64,000 nt of DNA, taken from NCBI RefSeq assembly GCF_036321535.1, contig NC_087437.1:58778001-58842000 (forward strand). Reading direction: 5' to 3'. The notes beneath the pieces were generated by a model. The model had not been told where the DNA came from. It ran no database searches and saw only the letters and a program-made list of their open reading frames with translations. This DNA comes from Camelus dromedarius (lineage: Eukaryota). Below, piece by piece: positions 38,004 to 50,900 of this stretch (positions are counted from its first letter, which is position 1; the number at the start of each line of letters is the position of its first letter). The position numbers were made by a program, and so were the translations under genes.

Positions 38004-38397
38004 CTGCCTATTACGTACATGATTGTGTTTACTTCCATAATAGCTCTGCCTGATAGATTTAATCCCTCAAGTTGTACTGATTAAGAGGCTGAGAACTGAA
38101 CAGTTTGCCAAGGGTCTCGTGAACACTGGAATCGGATCACACTCACGTCCATCTAATTCCAGAACTGTACCACATTGCCACATTTCGGGCTTGGGAGGAG
38201 CATAAGGTCTTTGCCAAACTGTCTCCAAGTCCACCTTTGGGTGTCTGGTCTAAGATGTTTCCACAGGCTCCTGGGTCAACTCAGCCAATAAGATTTTGGG
38301 ATCTGCTCACTTAAGTGCACTTCTTTCTCTGTGCCCTGGTTGGGTTAACAATAATATTCATTTAAGTTAACAATAAATATTAAAACATGTTTAAATT

Positions 38398-38460
38398 ATT
38401 GAACCCAGGGCCTTGTGCATGCTAGGCACGCACTCTACCACTGAGCTATACCCTCCCCCC
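38398..38460 (-). mobile_element. tRNA-derived SINE head lacking its 3' tail
   Basis: Reverse strand reads GGGGGGAGGGTATAGCTCAGTGGTAGAGTGCGTGCCTAGCATGCACAAGGCCCTGGGTTCAAT. Confidence 0.88.
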
Positions 38461-38774
38461 TTCTGTGCATTCTTGATTCTTTCCATCCCTGCCTCTATTT
38501 CCATCTCAAAGATTTTTCTGAGATATCATTTCATCTCCTTACAACTCACTCTCTTGGCACCAGCAGCCCACCCACAGCAGCCTGCATCTATAAATCCATT
38601 CAGAGATTCACAATCATCTTCTGCATGTTAAAGCATAAGTTATGGGCCTTTCCCTGAGAAAGTAACTTATTGTACTTCTTTACAAATATTGTAGCTCTTT
38701 AGCTCTGAAATTGATCTGGCAGCACACTAACCTCTGGTTATTTGTCTGGGATGCCCTTCAAACCCCCTTCAGTC

Positions 38775-39480
38775 ATAAAACATAAAAAAGATCGGCAACA
38801 CCAGGTTTGAGTGAGCATGGAGAGAGGTGAGAATTCTCGGTGCTGCTGGTGGAAGCGTAGGTAGGCTGGGGGAACCACTCTGGAAGACTGTTTAGAAGCA
38901 TTTATTAAAGATGAAGCTATGCATAGTTTTTATGACCCAGCAATTCCACTTTCAGGAAAATTCCAACAAATGCACCCACATGGATAAGAACATTCCTAGC
39001 AGTACCGTTCAGAATAGTCCCACCATTTAGTCCCCCAGAAGAACGACACAAATGCCTATCAAAGGTCAAATGGATGAGTGCATTGTGGTGTACTTTTATA
39101 GGTGGTGAAAATACTCAAACGGCAGGCTCACACTAGCGTGGGTGGTATTGTCCCAAATGTTGAGAAAGGGAAGCCAGGCACAGAAGTACATCTGAGTCCA
39201 TGTATGGAGGTCAAAGACAATCAGAATGGAATCTTGGTGGTCAGGAATAGAGGTACATAATTAGGTGGTGGGAGGAGAGAAAAGCAAGGAGATTGTTGCC
39301 TTAAAATTCAAGACAAAGTTATTTTTGATGGGAAGAGGTGTGAAAGGAAGGTGCTCCAGGGTGCTGACAATGTTCTGTTACTTGTCCTGAACAGTGGTGG
39401 TTATGCAAATACTCCTTTTATAATGATTTGCTTTGTTGGTATGTTTTATGGACTTTTTATGTTGTTGAATGATTTTTAAA
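38775..39480 (+). mobile_element. Old L1ME-like 3' region
   Basis: TGCTGGTGGAAGCGTA..AACCACTCTGGAAGAC..TATGACCCAGCAATTCCACTT..GGGTGCTGACAATGTTCTGTT. Confidence 0.8.
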
Positions 39481-39889
39481 ACCCCACACATCACAGCACT
39501 CTGATAACTTTTACAGTGAGAATGCAAAGGATGAATTGCAGGAGTCTTTGGAGAAACCTCAAATTCTCAAATGCCATTCTGGCAGTGGTTTTTTTCCATA
39601 AAAATTTCATTTTCTGCCCAAGAAACAACACTTTCTAAGACCCCTTCACTTTCAAAAGAAGGTTTTTTTTTTTTCAGACAAGATTTTATCACTTAACAGA
39701 ATCGTCACATGTGTTACCAGATGGAGAGTAAGAATGGGTGGAGTGGGCCCCTCCCTCATGAGCAAAGTGATGCACCAGGCCCCCCCTCTTCACAGCGCAC
39801 CCTGTTTAAAGTCCAAGTCACAAGCCTTCAGGGACCGTGGAGAATGACTTATACCAAAAAGTGCTAAGCTTGTCAATACAGTGATAGCT

Positions 39890-40780
39890 GACAGATTTAC
39901 TGTGCGATTTGTTCATTCCCTTTCCCAGAAGAGGAAACTGAGGTGCAGAGAAGTTGATCAGTTTCCTATCCAGGAAGCTGAAATCCCAGGCGTTGGACAG
40001 AGGTCCTCTGATTCTGGAGCCTTTGCAAGTAACCATCAACCATCCTACCATCCCCCTACCATTGTCTGAACTGGGGATCAGCACATATTTGGGAATCTTT
40101 CAGCTCTCAATCTCCCCATGGCCAAACAATCCATTTATTTTCTTTTCAAAAATATATTTTGATACTGTCCTTCACTTTTAATTTCTATGGCCTAGCATTG
40201 GCCAACATGATTCCTTATCTGGTTTATTGCAAAAACTTTCTACCTGTTCTCTCTTCATCCAACTCCTCTCTCTCCAGAGCCGAGTGCTGAGTCCTTTAAT
40301 GGCTGTCCATTGCTGCCTTGTCACTTCCAGACCCTCACCATGACCTAGGATGCCCGTCATGGCCTGGCCCTGCCTTTTCTTTCAGCCTCATCTCCAACTC
40401 CTCTCTTTGCATATCTACCCGTGACCCCAGACTATTCACTGTAGCCCTAGGCACCAGGATGTTCTAACCACAGTGCTTTTTTCTGACAGCCCCTCCCCTA
40501 TCCCTTCCACCGCCTCTTAGTCCCATTGATCCTTCAAGACCCAGTGAAAATGCCACCCCCTCCAGGAAGCATTCCCTGATGCCTTCCAGCCAGAGCCTAT
40601 ATCCCCCATTTCTCTGCCTCTCGTCATCTTTATCAGGCCCTGACTGATATTTGCACAGCCGTCACCACCTCTAGACTGTAAACTTTTAAGAACAGGGACT
40701 GTGTCCTATTTACCTTCTAATCTCAAAAGGCTAGCATAGAACGTGAAGTATCCTAGTAATTCAGTTAGTACAAATGGATC
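39890..40780. mobile_element. MIR (about 39890-40050) and L2 fragments (about 40200-40780)
   Basis: AGAGGAAACTGAGGTGCAGAGAAGTT; AATGCCACCCCCTCCAGGAAGCATTCCCTGA; CTAGACTGTAAAC..AACAGGGACTGTGTC. Confidence 0.7.
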
Positions 40781-41814
40781 TACAGCACCCACTTAATCCG
40801 TACCCGGTGGTGAGGACTCACATGGCCCTGTGGCATTCTCTTGTCCTGACATTCTGGCCCAATTCCTCCCAAAGCAAATGACTAAAGCAGAAGTCAGGTG
40901 GATGGAGCCTCTTCCTGGCCAAAAGGAGACAACTGATACCAGAACAGCAGAGAGAACTATTCATTTGGGGTGCAAATCTGGCTGGATGCCCATCTGAAAG
41001 AGACTTTCCCTGCCCTAGTCCGGGACTCCAAAGATTCTGCCAAGGTGAATCAGGACAAGAAGTGGAAAATTCCCCCATTCACATTTCAGGGAGAACCTGG
41101 AACTAGAAATCAACGTCTCAGGCTCAGCCTGTCTTGTTTTCCCAGACAGGACTCCCTGACTCTCCAGTCAGCCCTGAAGGAGCTGTAGCAGGAACAGCGC
41201 AGGCTGCTGTGAAGCCTTTCATGTGGCTTTGCTGTGTGGAAAACCCCATGTCCTCTGGGTGCGTCAGAACACAGATTCATTGAGAATCTGGCTTTTCTTC
41301 CAGGCAGGACATAGGGACTATTTTTCAAGGGTAAGTACATGCGTAATAGCCAGAGAAATATACATGTTTAATTTCCCTTGAGTCCTTGAAGCTTTCTTCC
41401 TTCAATAAACCATCCTGCGTGATCCTGTGACCTGAGATCTGGAAGTGGTTTTGTCCTGACCCCAAGCCTTGGCCTCCAGAGAGAGGGACTCTGTTCCATT
41501 TGGATGCCCATGTGAATACATGTGATACTGCCTTCTTCTTACCCAAATGGGCAGAGCAGATGGAGTTGCTAGAGTCTTTTAGCTGTAGGCTTTTCCAGGA
41601 GCTAAGCAGGTACCTGACAACCTGCCCGCCCTGTAAATTAAAAAGCAACTATGTTGAGAGAGATAGTGAGACCTACAAGTGTGGGCAAAGAGATGGCATG
41701 CGAGCCTTTGAGATGCCCAGAGTCAGAGTTGGCAGGGACAGTAGGAAATGTCCTTGACAACCCTCTCAATTTACAGAGCAGATAACAGATGTCCATGAAG
41801 GAAAATCCTGTCGC

Positions 41815-41985
41815 CAGTGTCTACCAAAAACTGCCTGTTTAGGATCACCTGGGAAATCGGTCACAAATGCTACTTCCAGCGCATCCCAGACCCAGTCTCT
41901 GGGGATTCCCCCAGGAACCATAGTTTTAATCAGCTTCCTATGTGAGTCTAATGCGCCCTGAAGTTTGGAAGCCTGTGCCAAGCAC
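41815..41985. mobile_element. MER5-type remnant
   Basis: TTAGGATCACCTGGGAAA..TTTTAATCAGCTTCC..GAGTCTAATG..AAGTTTGGAAGCC. Confidence 0.6.
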
Positions 41986-43619
41986 TCTGGCCTGCTCAGA
42001 CGGCGGCTGGGTCCCACCTTCTCACAGACCTCAGCTGCTCTTCCATCTGGTCCCTCCATCTGCCATCGGCCCGTCCCAGACTTCCTTGCCTCCAGATCAC
42101 TTCTGTCTCCTTACAATGCTCTCCCTAGCTCCCCTCCCCAGCCCCCCAGACCTCCACCTAAGGCTCCTGGCCCCCCAAGCTACCAGCATTTCCCCCTTCT
42201 AACTCCAGGAGTGTTCCAGCTGGACAGGACCCAGAAAGAATCTCAAGCTGCCTCCTTCTCCTGTCCCCCATCCATATATGTTCCTTCCTCTATTTCTCCC
42301 GTGTACTAGGTGATGACATTACTCATGGAAGCCATTGCACCTGCTGTTTCTGGAAGCTGGAAGCACTGTATGGTCTCAAGAGGGATTTGTAAGATGACAA
42401 CTGATTTTAAATTTGGGGACTCAAGGCTTCTTATAAATTGAGTCCTGGAATTATTCAAAAAGAAATAACCATTCTGCCAAATGTCTCTGTAGACTTCTGG
42501 TGTGTGTGGTTTAGAGCTTTGCTAAACTCGTGCAATGAAGCTTTTGTTGTTATAATCTTTGTCCTCCACCCATCCACTTCCAGCCATCAGTCATTGTTTT
42601 AAGTGAAGGTCATTGTGAAATTCCTTCGTGAATGATATTTACTTGAAATCAGGCTGGTCTAGCCTTAAAGGAAGCGCAGCGGGAGACAGAAACACATGAC
42701 TGTCGTAAACCTGGGTCACACTCCTGCTTCACCTCTTGCAACTGTCAGACCTGGAGAACTTTCCTTCTCCTGCCTAGAGCTTCCATTCTCTCGTCAGAAA
42801 AGGGGTTGTCACATCTACCTCGCAGATGAGGTGTTACAAAACCTAAACCTCAGTGCCTAATGCTGACACACAGGGAACGTCCCTCCCTTATTTTTTAACC
42901 TCACAAACTGCTGTTTCAGACCATGTGCTGCAAAATTCCTAATTCCCTGAGCTCTAAGACCCTTCTCAACAGCAAGCGGGCCCTTCTGGAAAGAACTATA
43001 GGTTGTTGAAGAGAGAAGAGTAGTTTGAGTCATTACTACTGAAATGACAATGTCTCAGATAAGCACTTGGGATGCACTCAGTCATGGCGGCTGAGATAGG
43101 GATAAATTACCCAAGTTAGACTAGATGACATCCAAGATCTTCCCATTCTAAGGAGTCTGTGATAACAAATTTCACATGGCTTTAAGACCCCTCGTAATTA
43201 CAATCAAACCTGTCTCACAGACTCATCTAATGTTCTTCTAAACCACAGAATTCTTCCAAACCATTCAGTGTACCATGTTCCATGAACATCGTGCTTTCCA
43301 CTCCTCCTTCCTCTTTCCAATACTGAATTCCACCTGTCCTTGAAGGCCCTCTTCCATCAAGTTCTTCCTGCTTGCCCAGCTGTGGTCCACCCCTCCAGTC
43401 TCCCATCTGCACTTCTCTTAGGGTGCTAATATTAAACTACCTTGTCTTCTGGGAATGAAGGAACACATTTTTCCAGTCTGGGGACTCTTCTAGGACAGAT
43501 GATGTGTCTCAGTTTTATTCAGAACCCCCGAAGTTGGCACATGAAAGCTGTTCATGGAATGTTTATTGAAGTGAACCAAGGAATTCCAAGGATTAATTTA
43601 CCTAGACTAACTCTTAGGC

Positions 43620-44160
43620 TTTAGTATCTTTCTTACTTAGGACATGTTGGCAATAAGGATCAGATACCCTCTCAATTTCAAGTGAAAAGAGTGGTCCCTA
43701 AAAAGATACAGGGGACTATTATTGACCTCCAAGGACAGGGAGGGAGTGACGCTGGGCCACAAGGGAACAGAAAAGTCTCCTTTCTCTGTCCATTAAAAGC
43801 TACAGGAACCTTCATCTCTCTCTCTCTCTTTTTTTTTAATTCAACTCCATACTCCTCACAGACTGGGCCTCTCTGCAAGACTCTTCTTTTACTGTCTTGC
43901 ATATTTTAGGCATGCTGTGACTCCTGGTTGGTCATACACAGTACTAGCTACTACCTGATATCTCAGGACTTTCAGTTCATGAATACTCCTAACTTGAGTC
44001 TCTGTCTCTTGGCTCAGATTATTTCAAAAAAGAAGCCGCTTGGCTTGGCCCAGACGGTAGCCTAATGTCATGTGTCCATCCTTGGGCGAATCAGCCAATG
44101 AGGAGCTGTGGTACATGATACCAATATGAGTTCCTAGGTCCTGCCCTTTCAGCAAGAAAG
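43620..44160 (-). mobile_element. Old MaLR LTR (MLT1J/K-like)
   Basis: TTAGGACATGTTGGCAATAAGGATCAGATACCC..TTGGCTTGGCC..GTCATGTGTCCATCCTTGGGCGAATCAGC. Confidence 0.55.
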
Positions 44161-45879
44161 GAGTTTGGAGGAGGGTTGCATTGTTTTTCAACAACTGGCT
44201 GTTGGATGGATTGCCATCCCTAAATGAACTTAATACAATAATGTCTACTAAAAGCAGCGAAGGATACAGAGACTAGAGTATGGGTCTTCAATGTAGACCT
44301 GCAAGTCAATGAGTTGGCTGTACCACAGTGGTTTCACAGGAGGCCCTTGAATGCTGCCGAATACAGGATTCTGGAGCCTGTGGGAGCTGAGGCTTCTTGA
44401 AGATTGGCTCCAATCCCCTTAGAACCTTACACTTGTATCTGTGCTTCCTTCCCAAGAGACACACAAATGGAGTGAGGAGGCCTGACTAGATGGATATTTC
44501 TGGTCTTCTCTCCCAGTAATCAGCAGCGATGGTGCTGGCGTTGACAATGGGGAACTGGAGAGAAAGAAGAGAGTGGAGATGGAAGGCGAGAAGCCAAGGA
44601 GCCAGGCATAAACGCACTAAGTCACACAGAGGATGCTGGAAGAGGACGCTGAATGTCAGTTAAAGCAGGTTCAGACCAATGCTGCAGGTTGACGCTTGGG
44701 CACTGTTTTGGCCTTTCTTCTGGATCATTCCAGACATGTTGTAGTATCTCCCATCTTAAAATAACCCTCTATTGACCCCTTTCATCCCTCTCCAACTACT
44801 ATCCCAGTTTCCTCTTCAATGGGTGATGATTCCCAAATCCCTCTGGAAGAGTTGCTCAAAGAACATGAGGATCAGTTCTTTGCCACAGAGATTCGGTGAG
44901 GCCCAGAAGATCGTGCTTTACAGCAACTTCTGAGACCTTCAGATTTATAAACCACCGCATGTGCTCTTACTGTCTTTACTGGCTTAAATATTGAAAGACT
45001 AATACTTCAGTGCCGAAGCAGGGAGCCGTGTGGTGGCGCGTTTCTTCTCACTGCGTTCTCTTCCCTATGTTCTTCTATTTCCAGAAGACTCTTACTCACC
45101 TGTCAATGCCCCATTTAAGAGTCTCCTCTTCTGTAAAGGCTTCCCTGACTTCACAGCCAGAACAAACCTCTCCCTCCTCTGGACGCCAATATACCCTTGA
45201 ACCCACCATGACGGCAGCATTTGTTAGGCTCCACGTGGGTCTCCCTGATGAACCTGGGTGCTCCCTGGTGCCACGAGCCAAGAACCTGGTGCCTTCATTT
45301 TCATGGTGCTTGACACCCACGGTCTCTGAGGATTTGTTGAAGGAAGACCTGGGTTCTTTCCTCCCACTTACTGTCTGGGATATTAAGCAAAACTCAATTT
45401 TCCTAAAGCTTAATATGTTCATCTCTAAAACAGGGGCAATAATTATCATCACCCTGCCTACTCCGATCCCATCAGACCAGTGATGGTGAAAGCTTTGCAG
45501 ATCTAAAGAACCGCAGGGGTGTGTGGGGCTTATTCTCAATGCCTTCTGCGCAGATCTCAGGAACGGCCTGCTGACATGGCCCGAGGTGGAGCATCATTAC
45601 AGCCACACACGTTTTGGTTTCCATGGCCGGATGACAAATTGTGTGTGGCCCTTAACCCCAAATACTGATGCCAGATGCACTTCCCTGGCCTGGGTGGATC
45701 CCTCCTCCTTCCAGGGCAATAACCTCACATTAGCACCTGCAGTTTCACATGAGATGCCTAAAAATTGTAAAAGGAATAAGGACAGAATTAGAGCCATTTT
45801 CTTAGACTTAGGCTTCCCATAAGGTTTGCCTTAGTACCCGCCCACAGGGGACTGGGTTGTGAAGCCATATCTTTTCTCA

Positions 45880-46300
45880 AGCCCTTCATTCATTCACTCA
45901 CTGCTTCAGTGCTCTCCCTCATGTAAACAAGCTGGAGATGCAGAGTTGGGGGTGGTGAGCACTCTGACACGTCTGTGCAAATGTTCTCGGAGGAGTGCGG
46001 AGGGGGAGCATCTATACCTGACAGACTCCAGGGAGAAGCTTCCTGCAGAAAATTATGTCTGAGCTGACTCCCGAAAGACAGGACTAACCAGGTGTCCTCG
46101 AGGAGGATGGAGAGGGCTTCCCTTGCAGCAGGAACAGCTTGTGCAAAACCTGGAGGTGAGCAGAACGTGGTGTGCTCACGGCAGAACGAGCTGTTCAGAG
46201 CGGCTAGAGGGGAAAGCTAAGGGCTGCATGGGCAGAAACAGAGCCAGCGCAGGAGACAGGAGCCAGACCGGGAAGGGTCTGAGGAGCCAGGACTTAGAAC
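45880..46300 (-). mobile_element. L2 fragment
   Basis: TTCATTCATTCACTCA.., GTCTGAGCTGACTCCCGAAAG, GGAACAGCTTGTGCAAAACCTGGAGG. Confidence 0.7.
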
Positions 46301-46419
46301 CTGCTGGGAGAAATGCCTGAAATTCCACTGCTAACACTTGCTGCAGGTCACGCAGTGAACCTGCGGAGGAACACGTCTCAGGTTTCTGGTCCGTGCTCTT
46401 TGGCTTTCTTCACTCTTCC

Positions 46420-47000
46420 TTAAGTGGCGGCCACCTCTGGCCACACGCCAGCCCTAGCCCTGAGCCAGGTCGGGGAGGATGCCTCCAGCACAGGCATCCT
46501 GCTGTCTTCAAGGCCTCTGGGCTGAGACGAAAGAGCCGCCAGGAGGCCGGCAGCCCATGATGCTTCCCAAGCCCCACCCCGGGACTTCCCTTCTCTGGGC
46601 AATTTTCACTTTTCATAAAGATGTGTTGGTTTAGAGACTGGGGACCTGGAGCTGAGGAACCCTGATCAGGGACATCCCTGCCTCCCCAGGCAGGCACTTT
46701 GCCTTCGCCGCCGCCGCCAGCGCCTGATGGTGGGGGGCGGGTGGGGAGAAGGGGGAATGCGGTGGGGGGGCTGTGGGCCACCAACCAGGTGAAGTTCCCC
46801 ACCCGCTGTCCGGCTGCCCGCCTGCCCCGCAGCAGCCGCAGCCAGGCACATGATGGCTTCCAGCAAGGAGCCTGAGAGCCGCACAGAGGAAATGGCAAGA
46901 GGGTGAGTCAGCCCGAGGCTCTAGGCAGCCTGGGCTGCAGCCCACAACAGGACCTTTGTGCTGCGCTGCAGGAGGACAAGAGGGACCGCCACGGGGAGGC
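46420..47000 (+). promoter_or_regulatory. GC/CpG-rich candidate promoter with possible first exon
   Basis: (GCC)n run, Sp1-type GGGGCGGG at about 46734-46741, G-quadruplex motif, ATGATGG at 46850, consensus donor GG/GTGAGT at 46902/46903 overlapping AP-1 TGAGTCA. Confidence 0.35.
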
Positions 47001-47286
47001 AGGCATTTCAGGGCGCTGACTAATGGTCCAGAGAGGGGAGGAATCTCTCTCGGAAAGGGACCAACCTCTGGGCACCCTCACTCTGCAGAACCACTGGCTG
47101 GGGACACTCACTTAGAGCGTGACCCTGGTCTCCAGCTTGTCCCACTGCTTGTCCCCTCCTAGGGTACATCATATTGTGAGGGGGTCTGCCTCCTTCACTG
47201 TGGTGTGAGGGGCTAGAGGCCTGGGGCATAGCTATTCAACTCTCTTCCTATAATAGTCCCTAACAGAGCACTGAGAATGTGCCCGA

Positions 47287-47362
47287 GATGGGTGTGCGAT
47301 GGATGGGTGGATGGATGGATGGGTGGGTGGATGAATGATGGATGGATAAACAGATGGATGGA
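47287..47362. repeat. (GGAT/GGGT)n degenerate tetranucleotide repeat, probably an expanded L2 tail
   Basis: GATGGATGGGTGGATGGATGGATGGGTGGGTGGATGAATGATGGATGGAT. Confidence 0.85.
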
Positions 47363-48599
47363 ATAATTCATTCACATGAGCACAGCATGTGAGCAGCTAG
47401 CCCAATTCCATCATTTCACAAATGCGGAAGGGGAGGCCCAGGTCCCTCAGTGAGTGGGAGGCAGCTCTAGAATCTGGGTGCCACTCTGCGGGCCTGTTTT
47501 GCTCCACTGTGTAGCTGCTGCTGTGTGGCTCAGGGAACACCTGGAGGGCATGAATGATGTGTGGGCAGAGAGCAGGAAGGCAAGAACCTGCAGTGTGGCT
47601 AAGATGACCACCAAGGGCAAGGTCAGGTCCTAGGGATTTCTGGGGGAGTGAGGGAGAGAAACCAGAGCAATAGGAGGCAGGGTTCCAGGCCTTAAGATGA
47701 TCACAATCTCTTGACCCAGGCTGGTTATAGGGTTTACAGAAGATGAGGAAAGAATCTGCATTTGCTGAGTACCTAGTATATGCCCAGACATGGATATTTA
47801 ATCCTTTGCACAACCCTGAGGGTGGCATTATTATGGATAAAGGTGACTTGGAGACGAGTGCCCTCTGGGACAGTCATGTGCCACCTCCGTAAGGGCCTCA
47901 GAGTGGCTGTAACTTGGTAGGGCCGCCATGTGACAGGATTGGGTTCTCAGCCTGGCAGGCCCAGAAACTCAGTGTTGTCCATGTCCTCAGAGAGAGGGGG
48001 GTCCACATTTCAGGACTAATTCATATCTGCTCACATTCAGGGTCTGACGTGTTACCAAGAGCCTGAGGTGCCAACGATCTCAGCTTTTCTCCTGGTGAGA
48101 AGGTGAACACTGTGAGGCAGGTAGGGGGCACAAAAGCAGAACCAGAGGTTTAGAACCCATGCCAGGGAGCTCTGATCACCCAGAGCCCTTGTTTCCACAG
48201 CGAGGTGGCCTGCCCTGGGCTACACGTCTGAACTCCTGAGGCCAGGCACGCCCAGGGCAGCGTGTGTGGACGCGGCCTTTGTCTGTGGCCTTTTCTTTCC
48301 TAACTCCCATGCTGAGTATACTTGTGACAATCTTCTTTTAGATCCAACCAAAACAACAGACTAGTCAAAAGCTTCAGACTAGCTGATGCAGCCACACTAT
48401 GGAGACCACACCCTGGACGCCCTGATGAGATTCAGATGGTCCAGAAGTCCTGGGCCGTCTCTTGGCAGCCCATGGATTCAGGCAGATGCTGTCCATATGT
48501 GGCAAGAGTCATTCTCTACCTCTGGCGTTTCCCAATTCTTTAACAGAAGCTGATTTTAATTTAAGGGTGAGGGCACTGGCCTCCCACCTCTCCAAACTT

Positions 48600-48975
48600 C
48601 CTAAATTATCCAGTTTAAAGATGAGGAGTTTAGAAGTCCAATACCTTGCCCAAAGTCACTAGAAAGTGATGGCACCAGGATTCAAACCCGCTCGATCTCA
48701 GACACCTCTCCTTAAGACTGTTAACAACTGCAATGACATTAAAAGCCACCGATGGCTGAGGTCCTGCTGTATGCCAAGATTCTGTGCTTGGAACCTTACA
48801 GAGGTTTTTTTTCATGTGGTTCTCACAGCAACACCAGGAGACTGTTCTTGACTTTGTTTCGCAGGTGAGGATTGATGTTCAGAGTGGTAAGGAGACTTGC
48901 TCCAGCCAGGGTCACACGGCTGCTAAGATCAGGAGTTGGATTTCAAACCAATCCGTCTACCTCTCTACCCGAGCT
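48600..48975 (-). mobile_element. Two MIR fragments
   Basis: CCTTGCCCAAAGTCACTAG..GCACCAGGATTCAAACCC; CTCACAGCAACACC..CAGGGTCACACGGCT. Confidence 0.75.
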
Positions 48976-49374
48976 CTTAGCCACCCCGTTCCAGGGCAGA
49001 GCCAAGCGCGATTTCTGCAATAGGTACCCCAGTCCTGCCCTGGGGAGAAGCAGTCTCCGGCTCTGGGTCGGGGAGGGTATAAGAGCCCTATCACGGGGTT
49101 ACCAGAGTCCAGAGTCTCGCCCTCGGTGGCGTTAGTTTAGGGATTAGGTGTGTATCAGCTTCCCAGAGAGGAACAGGTTCAGGCTGCCTGACTTACGATG
49201 ACTCAACCCCCAAGGGACCCAGCCAAACCTAAGTAATCGATTCACCTGTGAGATACTCTGGCCAGAGGAGATTGTGATTCAGAGCACTGGCTGCAGTCAG
49301 ACGCAGCTGAATCTGCAACTCCATCCACAGCTTCCCAGGCCTGAGACTTCGGACATGTTACTCATCCTTCTTGG

Positions 49375-49862
49375 GTTTTTTTGTCTGTTTGTTTTTTATT
49401 GACATGTAGTTGATTTACAATGTTAGTTTCAGGTGCACAACAAAGTGATTCAGTTACACATATATACATGTATCTAGATTCTTTTCCATTATATGTTATT
49501 ACAAGAAACTGAATGTAGTTCTCTGTGCTATATAGTAGGACCTTATTGTTTATCTATTTTATATATAGTAACGTGTGTCTGTTAACCCCCAACCCCTAAT
49601 TTACCCCTCCCTGCCCCTTCCCCTTTGGTAACCATAGTTTGTTTTCTATGTCCGTGAGTCTGTTTTTGGTTTGTAAATAGAATTTGTATCCTTTTGTTTT
49701 TAGAGCCACATATCAGTGATATCATATGAAGTTTGTCTTTCTCTGCCTGACTTACTTCACTTAATATGATAATCTCTAGATCCATCCATGTTGCTGCAAA
49801 TGGCATTATTTCATTCTTTTTTTATGGCTGAGTTATATTCCACTGTATATATTTACCACCTC
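49375..49862 (-). mobile_element. Young cetartiodactyl-type L1 3' end inserted into a MIR
   Basis: ORF 49582-49806 MPFAATWMDLEIIILSEVSQAEKDKLHMISLICG is the L1 ORF2 C-terminus; imperfect TSD TACTCA(T/C)CCT at 49359 and 49863; MIR sequence on both flanks. Confidence 0.93.
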
Positions 49863-50524
49863 TACTCACCCTATTAGAATCCCAGTTTCAGCCTTGGAAA
49901 ATGGGGGAGATCATGCCAACTTTGGGCAGCAGCTGTGGCTTAAACAGACATTTGTGTGTAAAACACCCAGCACGGCGGTTGCTGCTTAGCAGGTGCCCAG
50001 TGAATGGTAATGCCTCTAGATTTCATCACTATTGTTTAAAAACTGGGCTTGGTCACCCGATAAGGCTCATCCCCTTCCCCACCCCGGCCGGGTGGGCAGG
50101 TCACACTGTGAAAAGCTGATTCCAGGTCGGAAGGCTGCTAGCTAAGAGAACCCAGGGGAGAGGCGGGGCCTGAGCCCTCAGCGTCTGACAGTGGGATGAA
50201 GAGCCCACCGCCCTTCCCTCCCACCCACAGGGTAACTCTGAATGCCCAGCGTTGGTTTGGGCTCAGTGACCTGTCTTCTGGACAGAGCTGCTCGTCATGA
50301 TAAAATCTCCTTTCTCAGTGCTCCCTTCCCACTGAGAAGCAGGCCGGGTGCCACATCATCTTTGCAGCCTCCTGGTGGGTAACCTCTTGATCCCTCTCCC
50401 AGGCCCTGGTCAAATGCACCTTTATCTGCGAGGTCTTCCCAGCTCCCCCAGGCAGAGGCAGATCAACCACATGCTGATCACACAACGAGCTCATTCCAGG
50501 GACTGGGCCACAATGGTGGAGGCG

Positions 50525-50900
50525 CACAGAAGTGGCTCTTCTCTTTCCGGAGCTTGAAGTCTAGCAGGACAATAGACAAAGCAAAGAAAGAAACCAAATG
50601 ACTACAGTTTCTGGTAATTGCCAAGAAGGAAATAGGCTGTATGATGTAATAGACAATAACTCTGGGAGTGATGGGGCCATCAGGAAGGGCCTTTTGGGGG
50701 AGGCGGCATTTACCCTGAGGCTGGAAGGACGAGATGGAGCCAGCTTTGCCCAGAGCCAGGAACAGAGGGTTCCCGGCATCAGGAAGAGCTTTGCCCTCCC
50801 CAGGTGGAAAAGAATTTGGTGTGTTTCTCATTGATAGAAAATCTGGCTGGAGCGATGGAGGGGGTGGGAGGAGGCATAGCAACCAGGTGCAGGCGGAGGC
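50525..50900 (-). mobile_element. L2 fragment
   Basis: TCAGGAAGGGCCTTTTGGGGGAGGCGGCATTTACCCTGAGGCTGGAAGGACGAG. Confidence 0.75.
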
